NCBI GenBank assembly: GCA_963707505.1
Contig: CAVPQB010000006.1
Coordinates: 256,001 to 320,000 of the forward strand
DNA length: 64,000 nucleotides
From: an uncultured Gemmatimonadales bacterium
Lineage (GTDB): Bacteria > Gemmatimonadota > Gemmatimonadetes > Gemmatimonadales > Gemmatimonadaceae
Direction of reading: 5' to 3'
Shown one piece after another: positions 9,681-19,660 of this stretch; positions within the stretch are counted from its first letter, which is position 1; each line of letters starts with the position of its first letter. The position numbers and the translations under genes are program-made. Under the pieces are notes generated by a model, which ran no database searches, was not told the origin of the DNA, and worked only from the letters and a program-made list of their open reading frames with translations.

Positions 9681-10778
9681 ATGCTCATTTTGAGTACCAT
9701 GAATTCACAACTCCGCCGTTGCCTGACGACGCTCACGGCGTCTCTCGTATCTCTGGCACTTCCCGCCTTCGCTTCAGCCCAGGGAACGTTCATCGCACAC
9801 ATTATCGCCCCCGATTCGGGTGAGCAACGGCACCTGGTCAACATCCGGCAGCTCACGAATGGTGGCGAGAACGCAGAAGCCTATTTCAGCGCGGACAGCA
9901 AGCGACTCATTTTCCAGAGCACCCGCGACGGGCGCACGTGTGACCAGCAATACATCATGAACACCGACGGAACCAACGTTCATCGCGTGTCCAACGGCAA
10001 GGGAAAGACGACCTGCGGCTACTTCATGGACGGCGATCGGCGCATCTTCTTCGCGTCAAGCAGTGCAGTGGATACTGCTTGCACACCCCGCCCGGATCCG
10101 TCCAAGGGATACGTCTGGCGCCTGGATCCGTACGACATCTACACCGCCAATCCCGACGGATCAAATCTCAAGCGCCTCACCAATTACGGCGTCTACACCG
10201 CCGAAGGCGTCCTGTCGCCAGACGGAAAGAAGATCGTCTTCACATCGCTCAAGGACGGCGATCTCGACATCTATACCATGAACGTCGATGGCACCAACGT
10301 GAAGCAGCTCACCCACGCCGTTGGCTACGACGGCGGCCCGTGGTGGTCGCCCGATGGAAAGAAGATCGTGTATCGCGCATTCCATCCAACCGACCCGAAA
10401 GATCTCGCCGACTACAAGTCGCTGCTCGCCGAGCGTCTTGTGCGTCCGAACAAGATGGACCTATGGACCATGAACGCCGATGGATCTGACCAACGTCAGA
10501 TCACTCACCTGGGCGGCGCCAGCTTCGGCCCATCGTGGACGCCAGACGGCAAAAAGATCGTCTTCTCGTCCAACTACCACACCGATCCCAAACTCGGCAA
10601 CTTCGACGTTTTTCTCGTCAATCCGGACGGAACGGGGATCGAGCAGATAACCACCAACGCCACCTTCGACGGCTTTCCGATGTTCAGTCCGGACGGCAAA
10701 AAGTTCGTCTGGGCATCGAACCGGTTGGTCAAGAACCAGCACGAGACCAACGTCTTCATAGCCGACTGGCGCAACTGA
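9681..10778 (+). CDS. Secreted TolB-like (PD40 repeat) beta-propeller protein
   Basis: Signal peptide ending ASAQ; ENAEAYFS; repeated SPDGKKIVF; start uncertain (9681 or 9699). Confidence 0.85.
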   Translation: MLILSTMNSQLRRCLTTLTASLVSLALPAFASAQGTFIAHIIAPDSGEQRHLVNIRQLTNGGENAEAYFSADSKRLIFQSTRDGRTCDQQYIMNTDGTNVHRVSNGKGKTTCGYFMDGDRRIFFASSSAVDTACTPRPDPSKGYVWRLDPYDIYTANPDGSNLKRLTNYGVYTAEGVLSPDGKKIVFTSLKDGDLDIYTMNVDGTNVKQLTHAVGYDGGPWWSPDGKKIVYRAFHPTDPKDLADYKSLLAERLVRPNKMDLWTMNADGSDQRQITHLGGASFGPSWTPDGKKIVFSSNYHTDPKLGNFDVFLVNPDGTGIEQITTNATFDGFPMFSPDGKKFVWASNRLVKNQHETNVFIADWRN

Positions 10779-10804
10779 CTGGAGACTGCTAGGCGCGCCG
10801 GTCT

Positions 10805-10862
10805 TCGTCATTCCCGCGAGAGCTCCCTCGACTCGTCATTCCCGCGAAAGCGGGAATGACGA
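10805..10862. repeat. REP-like palindrome plus upstream half copy
   Basis: tcgtcattcccgcga (10805-10819) and tcgtcattcccgc-gaaa-gcgggaatgacga (10833-10862). Confidence 0.75.
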
Positions 10863-10870
10863 TTGGCAGT

Positions 10871-11092
10871 TTACCCTGTCTGGGCGTTCCGGTCTATTTC
10901 CGCGAATTTGTCGCGATTCTGCTTTTGTACTGTCTCTATCTTGTCGCCATGTTCGCTACTATCGACTTCTTCCTTGTTCTTCTCGATAAGATGCTCGTCC
11001 GTCGGTCGGAACTTCTGATCGGTCGCCGGTACTGATCGCTGGCCCGTATATGATGGCTTCACCGTCAATCCTCGCTTTGGAGTTTCTACCAC
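10871..11092 (-). CDS. Small hydrophilic hypothetical protein
   Basis: 73-aa ORF filling the gap downstream of ABC-F; no recognised motif. Confidence 0.45.
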   Translation of the reverse strand: MVETPKRGLTVKPSYTGQRSVPATDQKFRPTDEHLIEKNKEEVDSSEHGDKIETVQKQNRDKFAEIDRNAQTG

Positions 11093-11158
11093 AACCGTTC
11101 AGGATGTGTGCCCAAGCCATCACTCTCGACCGTTCGGGAGCGAGCGGGAGCGGGCCGG

Positions 11159-13097
11159 TCAGCCTGCCGAGCTGTCGACCAGACTCGTCCATTCCTCGAG
11201 AGCCCGGTCCAGACTGCGCCGCACACGGTCCAGATCCTTGCCCAGCTTCACTGCGCGAGCCGTCCCGTCGGTCGTTCCATACAGCGACGGATCTTCGAGC
11301 GTTCGAGTGAGCTCAGCTACCTGCGCTTCGAGCTCCTCGACCCGGGATTCGGCTTCTTCCGCGCTTCGCTTCATGTCCCGCTTGGAGGCGCGCTCCTTCT
11401 CCATATCCGACTCGCGTCGCCGGGTCTTCTGCTTCTCACGTACCCGGCGAAGGCCCTCTTCCTCCTCTGCACTGACCCGAGCTGCATGCTCGCGCTCCTC
11501 GCTCGCCACTTCCCATTCGGCAAAGGTGCCAGCGAAGTCGGTGACATGCGTGTCGTGCAGGACCCAGACGCGCGTGCACAGAGCCCGTCAGCAGCGCACG
11601 GTCGTGGCTCACGAGGATCACGGTTCCCTCGTAACCGTCGATCGCGTCCTCGATCGCCTCGATCGATTCGACGTCGAGGTGATTGGTCGGCTCGTCGAAG
11701 ATCAGCAGGTTCGCTCGCGACAGCATCATCATCGCGAGTGCGACACGCGCCCGCTCTCCGCCAGACAGCGTCGCCGCGGTTCTCGCAGTCTCCTCTCCGG
11801 AAAAGCCGAAGCGGCCCAGGTGCCCGTAGATGAGTCCACGCTCCCACTGCGGGCGCATGTCGCTTATGACGTTGTACAGAGTCTTGTCACTCGGCACCTG
11901 CGCCATGTCCTGCCTGTAGTACTCGACGGTGATGGAGCCACCCATCCTGAGTCCACCGGATTCCGGTGCTCGATCGCCGATCAGAGTCTTGAGGAAGGTC
12001 GATTTCCCAGCACCATTCGGACCCACGATCCCCAGCCGATCTCCGCGATTCACGACCGATGTCAGGTCGCTGATCAGCGTCCGCCCCTCGACTCCGACGC
12101 TGACATGGTCCGCGACGACCACCTGATCGCCGCCGCGTTCCAGCGTCTGGAGCCGCAGTGCCATCGTGCCGCTCTCGCCCGGTGGCGGGCTTAGCCGGCC
12201 GACTCGTTCCAGGCGTTTGCGTCGTCCCTTTGCCTGCTTGGAATTCTGGCCGGCGATGTTGCGCCTGATGTAATCCTCTTCCTCCGCAATCACACGCGAT
12301 TGCTTCGAGAATGCGCGCTGCGCCGCCAGCCTCCGCTCCGCGCGCTGACGGACGAATTCCTCGTAGCCGCAAGCGTAAGGGGTCGCCGTGCCGGACTCGA
12401 AGTGCAGCATGTGATCCGCCACCTCAGCGAGAAATGCACGGTCGTGGCTCACGAGCAGGATCGTCTTGTCGGTCTCACGCAGATACGATTCGAGCCAGGC
12501 GGTCGTATCGAGATCGAGATGGTTCGTGGGTTCGTCCAGAAGCAGGACGTCTGCCGTGCTCACCAGCTGTCGCGCGAGCCCGACGCGGCCGCGTTCTCCG
12601 CCACTCAGATGCGCGAGCAGTTGCGTACGCGCATCCACAGGATCGAAGCCGAGCCCGTGCAATACGGCGTCGACGCGCGGCGCGAACGTGTAGCCGCCTT
12701 CGCGCTCGAAACGCTCGAGATCGCGCGAATACCGGTCCAGATCACGCTCCGTACACGCCTCACCAAGCTCGCCCAGCCGATTGGCCTGATCGGCGAGCGA
12801 TTTCTCGAGCGCGAGCAGCTCCGCGAACGGGCCTGCCGCCGCCTCCCACACAGTGGTCGCGCCCTCGAAGTCGCGATGCTGGTCCAGCACCGAGATCTTC
12901 ATGGTGGGAGACTTCGCCACCGCGCCTGAGGTGGGACGTAGCTCGCCGGTGATCAGCTTGAAGAGCGTGGTCTTTCCCGTACCGTTGCGCCCGACAATGC
13001 CCCACCGCTCGCCCTCGGCGACGGTGAACGTGATGTCCTTGAATAATGTCGTCGCGCCGAATTCTACCGACGCGTTGGAGACGGATATGAGAGTCAA
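11159..13097 (-). CDS. ABC-F family ATPase (Uup-like), apparent +1 frameshift near 11585
   Basis: Two NBDs (GRNGTGKT, GPNGAGKS, LSGGE, DEPTNHLD); removing one G from acgggct on the - strand restores LTALCTRVWVL and joins the coiled-coil tail ORF 11159-11509. Confidence 0.9.
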
Positions 13098-13189
13098 CTT
13101 TGATTCTTGCTTAACGTGGTTACGAGCCGAAATGTAAACCACGTATTCGCATCGCCGGTCGCATGGGTCGCTTGACGGACCGGCTCATG

Positions 13190-13543
13190 TCACCCGGCAG
13201 ATGCAACCCATGACTTCCACTCCGCCTCGGCGAGGCCTATGGTAACCTTCTGGCCGAAACGCACCATCGGCTGCGTCAGCAGGAGCGGCTCCTCCGCGAG
13301 CTTCGCGAGCCAACTGTCGTCGCCCATGCGCGCATGCTGCAATCCGAGATCGAGATAACGCGGCGATTTTTTGTCGATGAGAGATCCGACTCCGAACTTC
13401 TGAGCGAATCGCCGCAATTCTCCCAGCGAGGCTGCGCGCTCGTTCAGGTCCACGAAGTGAATCTTCACTCGTCGTTCGGTAAAGAACCGCTGCGCTTTTC
13501 GCGTGTCGGCACTCTTCTTCGTGCCGAAGATTTGCACTTCCAT
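13190..13543 (-). CDS. ArsC/Spx/YffB-like protein
   Basis: QIFGTKKSADTRKAQRFF, PLLLTQPMV pattern; contains no Cys. Confidence 0.8.
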   Translation of the reverse strand: MEVQIFGTKKSADTRKAQRFFTERRVKIHFVDLNERAASLGELRRFAQKFGVGSLIDKKSPRYLDLGLQHARMGDDSWLAKLAEEPLLLTQPMVRFGQKVTIGLAEAEWKSWVASAG

Positions 13544-13995
13544 GTCCTTTAATTTAGGCCGTAGTTCATCGATGGATTGGTGGACAGACGATAATCAGGA
13601 TAATCAGTACCTGGTCGTTCACACGGTTGCAATAGCGGATCGGCGCTTGCCCGTACCGTTCGTATTCGAAAGGCCTCATCACTCCGGCAATAGCTGAGAC
13701 GATCGTCAGCGCCCTGGCCAAATTCCCGCGTCCGGTCGTTGTTTTCAGTACTGTCAACACGGCGGCACTGGAGAGCGTGGTGACCCCGGCCCGGTGCAAC
13801 CAGGCGCGGTTACACGGCGATTACAAGATCGAAGGTACCGCTCGGAAGGATCGCGCGCATGCTCGGTTGTACGACGCGGGCGATGGATGCGCAGTTCGTG
13901 GTAGTGAACGTCAGTGGTATCGTGTCATGGGACGCGCGAAAAGCGTGTGTGAAGGGATCATCGCTCGCCAAAAGCTCCAGTGCTCACATGACCGG

Positions 13996-14021
13996 GGCTC
14001 TGATGAATCCGGGGCGATTCA
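13996..14021 (+). mobile_element. Isolated IS3-family-like terminal inverted repeat (scar)
   Basis: ctctgatgaatccggggcgattca resembles the ...CCGGGGCGGTTCA ends of IS629/IS6110-type elements. Confidence 0.5.
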
Positions 14022-14036
14022 CCCTGGCAATCGGAC

Positions 14037-14255
14037 TCATTGGCGTCCGCGTACGACGACCCGTTGGCAAACAATCCAAATGGCTACCAACGTGCGCGCA
14101 AAACGTGGGATTGATGGACCTACAATTGATATCCAGAACAGCCACAGCAATGTGCGAGATTGAGGATACTTATAAACTCCAAAACCAAGTACGAGCCAAA
14201 CGGCAACTACAACCAACGATATTACCAGATCCCTCTTTGTTAACGCCCGACTCAT
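14037..14255 (-). CDS. Small membrane hypothetical protein
   Basis: 72 aa from MSRALTK with 2 hydrophobic helices; lower-GC patch. Confidence 0.5.
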   Translation of the reverse strand: MSRALTKRDLVISLVVVAVWLVLGFGVYKYPQSRTLLWLFWISIVGPSIPRFARTLVAIWIVCQRVVVRGRQ

Positions 14256-14374
14256 TGAAGATCTCATCAGCTCAGGCGATCCTCCGTTTGTAATCTCAAC
14301 TCTGTCCTTGAAACCGGCAGCAGCTGACTCAGCGCTGGTCCACTCCTCAGCAAGATGTCAGCAAATCAATTGTG

Positions 14375-14629
14375 TCACAGAATCTTGCGCACACCCCGAA
14401 GAATGCGCAACAGAGTGGCTATGATGGTTATTAGGTAACCTATAAGAAACAGTGCGAATGCGATCCAGGCAAAGGACGACTGAGCCGAATGCCTAAGCAC
14501 TATAAAGCCACACCCTGCACCGATCGCGGCAACCAACATCCACGAAACGAGTTCAAAGTTGAGTTGACAGTCAGACCGGTCGCCAGAGGGTGACGTGGAG
14601 CAGTGGAGAATGCGGAAGAGTCGATTCAC
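14375..14629 (-). CDS. Small membrane hypothetical protein, 5' end probably disrupted
   Basis: Two TM helices in the C-terminal 60 aa; 5' end overlaps an IS3 orfA remnant. Confidence 0.4.
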   Translation of the reverse strand: MNRLFRILHCSTSPSGDRSDCQLNFELVSWMLVAAIGAGCGFIVLRHSAQSSFAWIAFALFLIGYLITIIATLLRILRGVRKIL

Positions 14630-14640
14630 CGAGGCACAGG
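14600..14640 (+). pseudogene. IS3-family transposase orfA N-terminal remnant
   Basis: ggag SD then ATG 14610 encoding MRKSRFTEAQ, similarity lost immediately afterwards. Confidence 0.6.
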
Positions 14641-14783
14641 AACCGCTTCTGATGCTTCTCCATGGTTTGACGCCGTTCGAATGACTGATAATATCTCATC
14701 CGAATCGGTCTCGCTGAATTGGAGAGTAGAGCATTCAGCGCTTGAATACAGATATCGTGTAATTCACAAAAGCCCTCGCGCGA

Positions 14784-15302
14784 TCAATCCGCGAGCCCTG
14801 GACAGCTACTCGCATCGTACGGGATTCCCACCTGAAATTTCTCCACTATTTGATTCCACCGAGGATCAGGGTAAATGGTGATGAAATAGCCGTGTCGCTG
14901 CCACCGCCTTCCGTACGCATTGACAATAGGACAAACAGGATGGCCTACACCGAACTCTTTCGAGTACAGATTGATCAAGCGTCGTACTTCCAGATCGGTA
15001 TTGGCGGCCGGTAACGCCCATATCTTCGTGACGACACGTACATCTTTGCCGTTTGCTGTAGTAACCACTAGGGTCGTATCGCCGTGACTCCCAACACACT
15101 CCACAACGGCTGATCCTAATCCTATTAGGTCGGCATTATGGCAGTGCGGGCGCGCCATCACACGTGTGACAGAATCCCCGACGGCGTTCAAGGGTCCGTT
15201 TACGGGCCCCGTCTGCCGTCGGCATGCGGAGAAGAAAAGCACCGCGAAGCCAAACACAAGCAGCCTGCTCGTAGGGATTATCGAATTGCGGATACGTGTC
15301 AT
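14784..15302 (-). CDS. Hypothetical lipoprotein
   Basis: Hydrophobic N-region with lipobox-like FSAC; several Cys. Confidence 0.6.
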   Translation of the reverse strand: MTRIRNSIIPTSRLLVFGFAVLFFSACRRQTGPVNGPLNAVGDSVTRVMARPHCHNADLIGLGSAVVECVGSHGDTTLVVTTANGKDVRVVTKIWALPAANTDLEVRRLINLYSKEFGVGHPVCPIVNAYGRRWQRHGYFITIYPDPRWNQIVEKFQVGIPYDASSCPGLAD

Positions 15303-15529
15303 GATCGATCCTGTGGGATTCGTGGGGCTTCGCCAATGACGACAATCATAGACTCAGAGACGCATGGATTAGCGCCACCGATATGACAGGGGCACCAGCA
15401 ACGCGCAGGCAATGCACTTTGATAACACATATCGGCGACCAGTTGGCATGCCGCAGCGACCGGATCCCTGCTCCCGTAGAGCCGTCCAGCGCACTACATA
15501 TATCTTGAACAGAATCCAATGTACAGTCC

Positions 15530-16565
15530 ATGAGCGAGCGCCCCATTCATTATACGACCAGCCTGGTGGATACCCGGCGCGCATGCTCAGACCCTCTGGG
15601 GAAAACTCGTCCGCAGACTGCAGCCCATCCCAACTCGGACAGAACGCTGGGAAACGCCGGACAATGATTTCCTCGAAATCCACCGCGTCGACGCACCAGC
15701 CGACTCGCCCGATGCTACTCCGCACGTGTTGCTACTTCACGGACTCGAAGGCACCATACATTCGCATTACGCGCAAGGCCTGCTCGCCGAGATGCATCGG
15801 CGAGGATGGAGCGCCGATCTGCTGATATGGCGTTCATGCGGAACCGTACCCAATCTCGCACGCCGTTTCTACCACTCCGGCGAGACAGGTGACCTTGCAC
15901 TCGTGCTTCGCCGAATCGCACTCACACGTCCAAACGCACCGCTCGCCGTCGCTGGCGTCTCACTCGGCGGAAATATCCTGCTCAAGTACCTCGGCGAGGA
16001 GCAGCAGAAAGCAAACGCACTGCTGGTTGCAGCAGCTACCGTATCCGTTCCATTCGACCTTGGACGCGGTTCCGACCATATCAACCGCGGCTTCTCACGT
16101 CTGTATCAGAAGTATTTTCTCGACTCGCTCAAACGGAAGGCGATCGAAAAACAATCGCGATACCCGGATCTGCCAACAGCCGATCGCATCGATGCCATCA
16201 GGACCCTGCGTGACTTCGACGACACGGTCACTGCACCCGTCCACGGCTTCAATGACGCGATAGATTACTACACGCGCTCGAGCTCCATCCGGTACCTGCA
16301 CACGATCACCGTCGACACGCTCCTTCTCAACGCCGTGGATGATCCATTTCTACCGCCTGACGTTCTTGCTGATGTCTCACGTATCGCGAAGCAAAACCCT
16401 CATCTGACGCTCGACTTCCCACTGAGAGGTGGTCACGCAGGGTTTGTCGGAGGACGCAATCCGTTTCGTCCACTGTACTACGCGGAGCGTCGTGTCGGTG
16501 ATTTCTTCGCGAATAAATTTGCTGGTAAGTTCGCGCCGGCTGCACAGAGTCAAGTCAACCCTTAA
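15530..16565 (+). CDS. YheT-family alpha/beta hydrolase, apparent +1 frameshift near the start (CCCC 15541-15544)
   Basis: RPAWWIPGAHAQTLWG upstream in the 15726 frame; HGLEG, GVSLGG, DDPF, GGHAGF. Confidence 0.85.
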
Positions 16566-16578
16566 CGGAACACCACTC

Positions 16579-17469
16579 ATGCGCATCACTACCGTTCTGG
16601 CAAGCTCCCTGCTCATTACCGCGCCGTCACTTGCCATGGCGCAGGGTAGCATGGCACACGACATGTCCTCGCATGACATGTCCTCGCACACATCAGCTAA
16701 CGCAGCTGACGATACCACACTTCCGCCCGATGCAGAGCACTCACTGGCACGTCTCGACGCATCTCCCAGGCACGGCCAGTGGGTAATGCTCAAGACGTCG
16801 ACTGGAGATTCACTACACGCATGGATCGTCTATCCCGAGCGCGCCACCAAGGCACCGGTGGTCGTCGTCATCCACGAGATATTCGGCATGAGTACCTGGA
16901 TCCGTGCCGTGACAGATCAGCTCGCCAAGGAAGGTTATATCGCGATAGCGCCGGATCTCATACCCGACGGAAAGATCCCCGTCGGCGCTGATACGCTCAC
17001 GAATCAGGAAGGCGTCGCTGCTGTCTCCAAGCTCAATCCCGCAAATGTGCAGGCCGGTATTACTGCCGCGGCGAACTACGCCATGGCACTTCCATCCGCA
17101 CTGCACAAATACGGAGTCGTAGGCTTCTGCTGGGGTGGCACCGCTTCGTTCGCCCACGCCGTCGTCTCCCCAACACTCGGCGCATCCGTCGTGTACTACG
17201 GAACGTCCCCGAGCGCTGCGGATCTTATGTCTGTCAAGGCACCCGTACTGGGTTTGTACGGCGGCAGTGACGCACGGGTAGTTGCCACAGTCGCGCCCGC
17301 TGACTCGGCAATGAAGGCCATGCACAAGACCTACGAGCCGCACATCTTCGAAGGCGCCGGACATGGTTTTCTCCGCGCACAGACCGGTAATAACGGCGCG
17401 AACATGACCGCAACGCAGAAGGCCTGGCCCGCAACAATCGAATGGTTCCGAAAGTATCTTGGTTCATGA
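16579..17469 (+). CDS. Secreted dienelactone hydrolase family protein
   Basis: Signal peptide; IHEIFG, GFCWGG, GAGHGF. Confidence 0.9.
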   Translation: MRITTVLASSLLITAPSLAMAQGSMAHDMSSHDMSSHTSANAADDTTLPPDAEHSLARLDASPRHGQWVMLKTSTGDSLHAWIVYPERATKAPVVVVIHEIFGMSTWIRAVTDQLAKEGYIAIAPDLIPDGKIPVGADTLTNQEGVAAVSKLNPANVQAGITAAANYAMALPSALHKYGVVGFCWGGTASFAHAVVSPTLGASVVYYGTSPSAADLMSVKAPVLGLYGGSDARVVATVAPADSAMKAMHKTYEPHIFEGAGHGFLRAQTGNNGANMTATQKAWPATIEWFRKYLGS

Positions 17470-18020
17470 TGTCCCTGCACGAAGCTGAGATCGTCTTCTA
17501 CGCCGTCGTCTTCGGCGCCGGTTTGTTCATCGGCGTTTATGCAATGCTCCACGGCACCGTCCGCAAGGGACATGAGCCGGGCGCGATAAGATTTCCGATG
17601 GCCGGCTTCAACACGCCGGTCATCGGTGCAGCACTTGCCGCATTTGGAGCAGTCGGCTATCTGACCACAAAATATTCGCAATATGATACTATTATCATAT
17701 TGATTGCTGCATTCATAGCCGCTGCAGCGGGATGGATCGGTATGACCGTCCTGATGTCCAAGTGGGCGCTGCGCGGGTCACTCAATGATCCGCATGAAGA
17801 AATCGAGGAGCTGCAGGGAACCGTCGCGACCGTTACACGACCGATCACACCGACCGAGCTCGGTGAGATTTCCTATTCATTCCGCGGATCCCCGACACGC
17901 GCCCCAGCACGCAGCATCGCCGGCGACGCCGTCGCCACCGGAACCGAAGTCGTCATCGACAAGATCGAGAACGGTGTCGCCGACGTCGAACTGTGGTCCA
18001 TCGTGGAACAGCGCCTGTAG
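17466..18020 (+). CDS. NfeD/YuaF-like membrane protein
   Basis: About 3-4 TM helices plus C-terminal OB-fold pattern (GTVATVTRPI..GEI..ARS..GTEVVI). Confidence 0.75.
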   Translation: MMSLHEAEIVFYAVVFGAGLFIGVYAMLHGTVRKGHEPGAIRFPMAGFNTPVIGAALAAFGAVGYLTTKYSQYDTIIILIAAFIAAAAGWIGMTVLMSKWALRGSLNDPHEEIEELQGTVATVTRPITPTELGEISYSFRGSPTRAPARSIAGDAVATGTEVVIDKIENGVADVELWSIVEQRL

Positions 18021-18029
18021 GTCGCCTGC

Positions 18030-18057
18030 GTAGGGCGCGGATGTATCCGCGCCCTAC
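18030..18057. repeat. GTAG-type REP-like hairpin between convergent genes
   Basis: gtagggcgcggat-gt-atccgcgccctac, perfect 13-bp stem. Confidence 0.7.
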
Positions 18058-19319
18058 TGCGCAAACCGCACGTTACGCACCGTCACATCAACCGCCTTGT
18101 TGAACTTCCGGAGCGCAGTGCTGCCAAACCTCCGGAACGCCGGAGCGTCCGCACGTATGCGCACCGTGTACCGGCCCTTTCCAGGAACCGGCACGTTCAA
18201 CCCGTAATGATTCATCCACGGATGCCACATGAACGGCATCGAGTACGTATCGATCTCTCGCCTGCGTGAATCCAGGATTGTAGCACGCACCTTCAACCCA
18301 GGCACGAACCGCCCCGTGGTTGCATCACGTACGATCACATCGAGATGAGCAACCGGTCCAATGTTGTTGTTCGGTCGCTCATAGCTCAGCTCTCCATTGC
18401 GAGCCTCCCACGTCCCGCGCGCAGCGTGCACTACCAGAGCTACCTTGTAGTCACCTGAGCGCACTTGCGATCCACTGACATCGGCACTGCGCAACATCTC
18501 GGAAAGCGGCCGATCGATCACGTCACCCTCGCCGCGCGCAAGGTCCACAGTCTGACGCGACTCGCCTCGCGCCAGACGCTCCGATGCTGCCGCGAGTGAA
18601 TCGGGAGGAACAACGATGTGTGCGAATCTCGCCATTACGTTCCTGGTAAAACGATCGCCGTTGGCCTGATCATGCCTGGCATACCTCGGCATCGATATGT
18701 ACACGCGCAGCGTGAACGGACTCGACGGAAGAACGAGATTCTCGCCATACCGATTGAGAATGGGATGCCACCCGAACGGCAGCACAGCACTCTGTTCATC
18801 TCTGGAATTTTCGGACTCCAACACCGCACGTACATCCAGCCCCTGCACCATGCGGCCGTCGGCAGCGTCGCGTATAACCACTGCAACGTGCGCCGATCCC
18901 GGCACGACTGTCGTATGATGCGCTGGTAGATTCGACTGAGCAGCTTCTAGATCGTAGTAGTCGTCAGCCGGCGTGATCAGGTAGGTGATGAGGTATTCTC
19001 CGGCCGCCATCTCACCACTTGCTGCAGCTTCCTCAGCTTCGACCCAATCCACTTCGCGACCCAACGCCTTGCCCTCATCCAGCGCACGATCGAGTTGCGA
19101 AGATGTTGCATCTTCACTTTCCCGAAGCGACGGCATCACAGGCGGAGTCGGAATTTCTACAGGAATGACATGCGCAGCCGCTTTGCCTGGCTCCGATCTC
19201 GGAACGGGCGCAACAACCTGAGTACGCGCAGCACAGCCTGCACACATGGCAACGACGGTCATGCCGGCTATCGATACGTACCCACGCGTTCGCATCGCAA
19301 CGCGCGGCCACCGTGTCAC
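18054..19319 (-). CDS. Lipoprotein with two tandem Tp34/P19-like (Fe2+ transport) domains
   Basis: Internal duplication: AHVAVVIRDAADGRMV..PFGWHPILNRYGEN and AHLDVIVRDATTGRFV..PFMWHPWMNHYGLN; CAGC lipobox. Confidence 0.65.
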   Translation of the reverse strand: MTRWPRVAMRTRGYVSIAGMTVVAMCAGCAARTQVVAPVPRSEPGKAAAHVIPVEIPTPPVMPSLRESEDATSSQLDRALDEGKALGREVDWVEAEEAAASGEMAAGEYLITYLITPADDYYDLEAAQSNLPAHHTTVVPGSAHVAVVIRDAADGRMVQGLDVRAVLESENSRDEQSAVLPFGWHPILNRYGENLVLPSSPFTLRVYISMPRYARHDQANGDRFTRNVMARFAHIVVPPDSLAAASERLARGESRQTVDLARGEGDVIDRPLSEMLRSADVSGSQVRSGDYKVALVVHAARGTWEARNGELSYERPNNNIGPVAHLDVIVRDATTGRFVPGLKVRATILDSRRREIDTYSMPFMWHPWMNHYGLNVPVPGKGRYTVRIRADAPAFRRFGSTALRKFNKAVDVTVRNVRFAQ

Positions 19320-19326
19320 TATCAGG

Positions 19327-19611
19327 TCACGCAGATGTTACGAACATGCCGAGCCACTCGGGCCAGTTCCCACTGAGCTCGAAGAAGTCGTCGAAGTAGC
19401 GAAGCCCGATCGTCTCCAACTGAATCACCAGATCGCTCAACATGTCGTCGGACGGCAGTGGCCCGATCGCTATCAGTCCTCCTTCGACCACAAATTCTTC
19501 GTCGGTCAGATTGAAGCGCGCATCGAGCGCGTGGCGCTCCAGCCCCACGCGCTCGAACGCTTCGCGTCGGACGAAGACTGTAGGGCGGTCACGTGTAACG
19601 GAGATCGGCAT
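19327..19611 (-). CDS. Hypothetical protein
   Basis: 94 aa, TAACTT 6 nt upstream of ATG, GLRYFDDFFELSGNWPEW. Confidence 0.75.
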   Translation of the reverse strand: MPISVTRDRPTVFVRREAFERVGLERHALDARFNLTDEEFVVEGGLIAIGPLPSDDMLSDLVIQLETIGLRYFDDFFELSGNWPEWLGMFVTSA

Positions 19612-19660
19612 GGTCCAAAGTTAGTGGTGTGCCCTACATTTATAGTGGGACCCCACAACC

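Noticed and set aside
11106..12952. Long plus-strand ORFs (362, 241, 209, 213 aa)
   Set aside because: Antisense shadows of the ABC-F gene, typical of GC-rich DNA; no motifs
13777..14293. Plus-strand ORFs as an IS3 integrase fragment (NQARLHG)
   Set aside because: Only a few residues resemble the transposase C-terminus; no DDE motif; insufficient support
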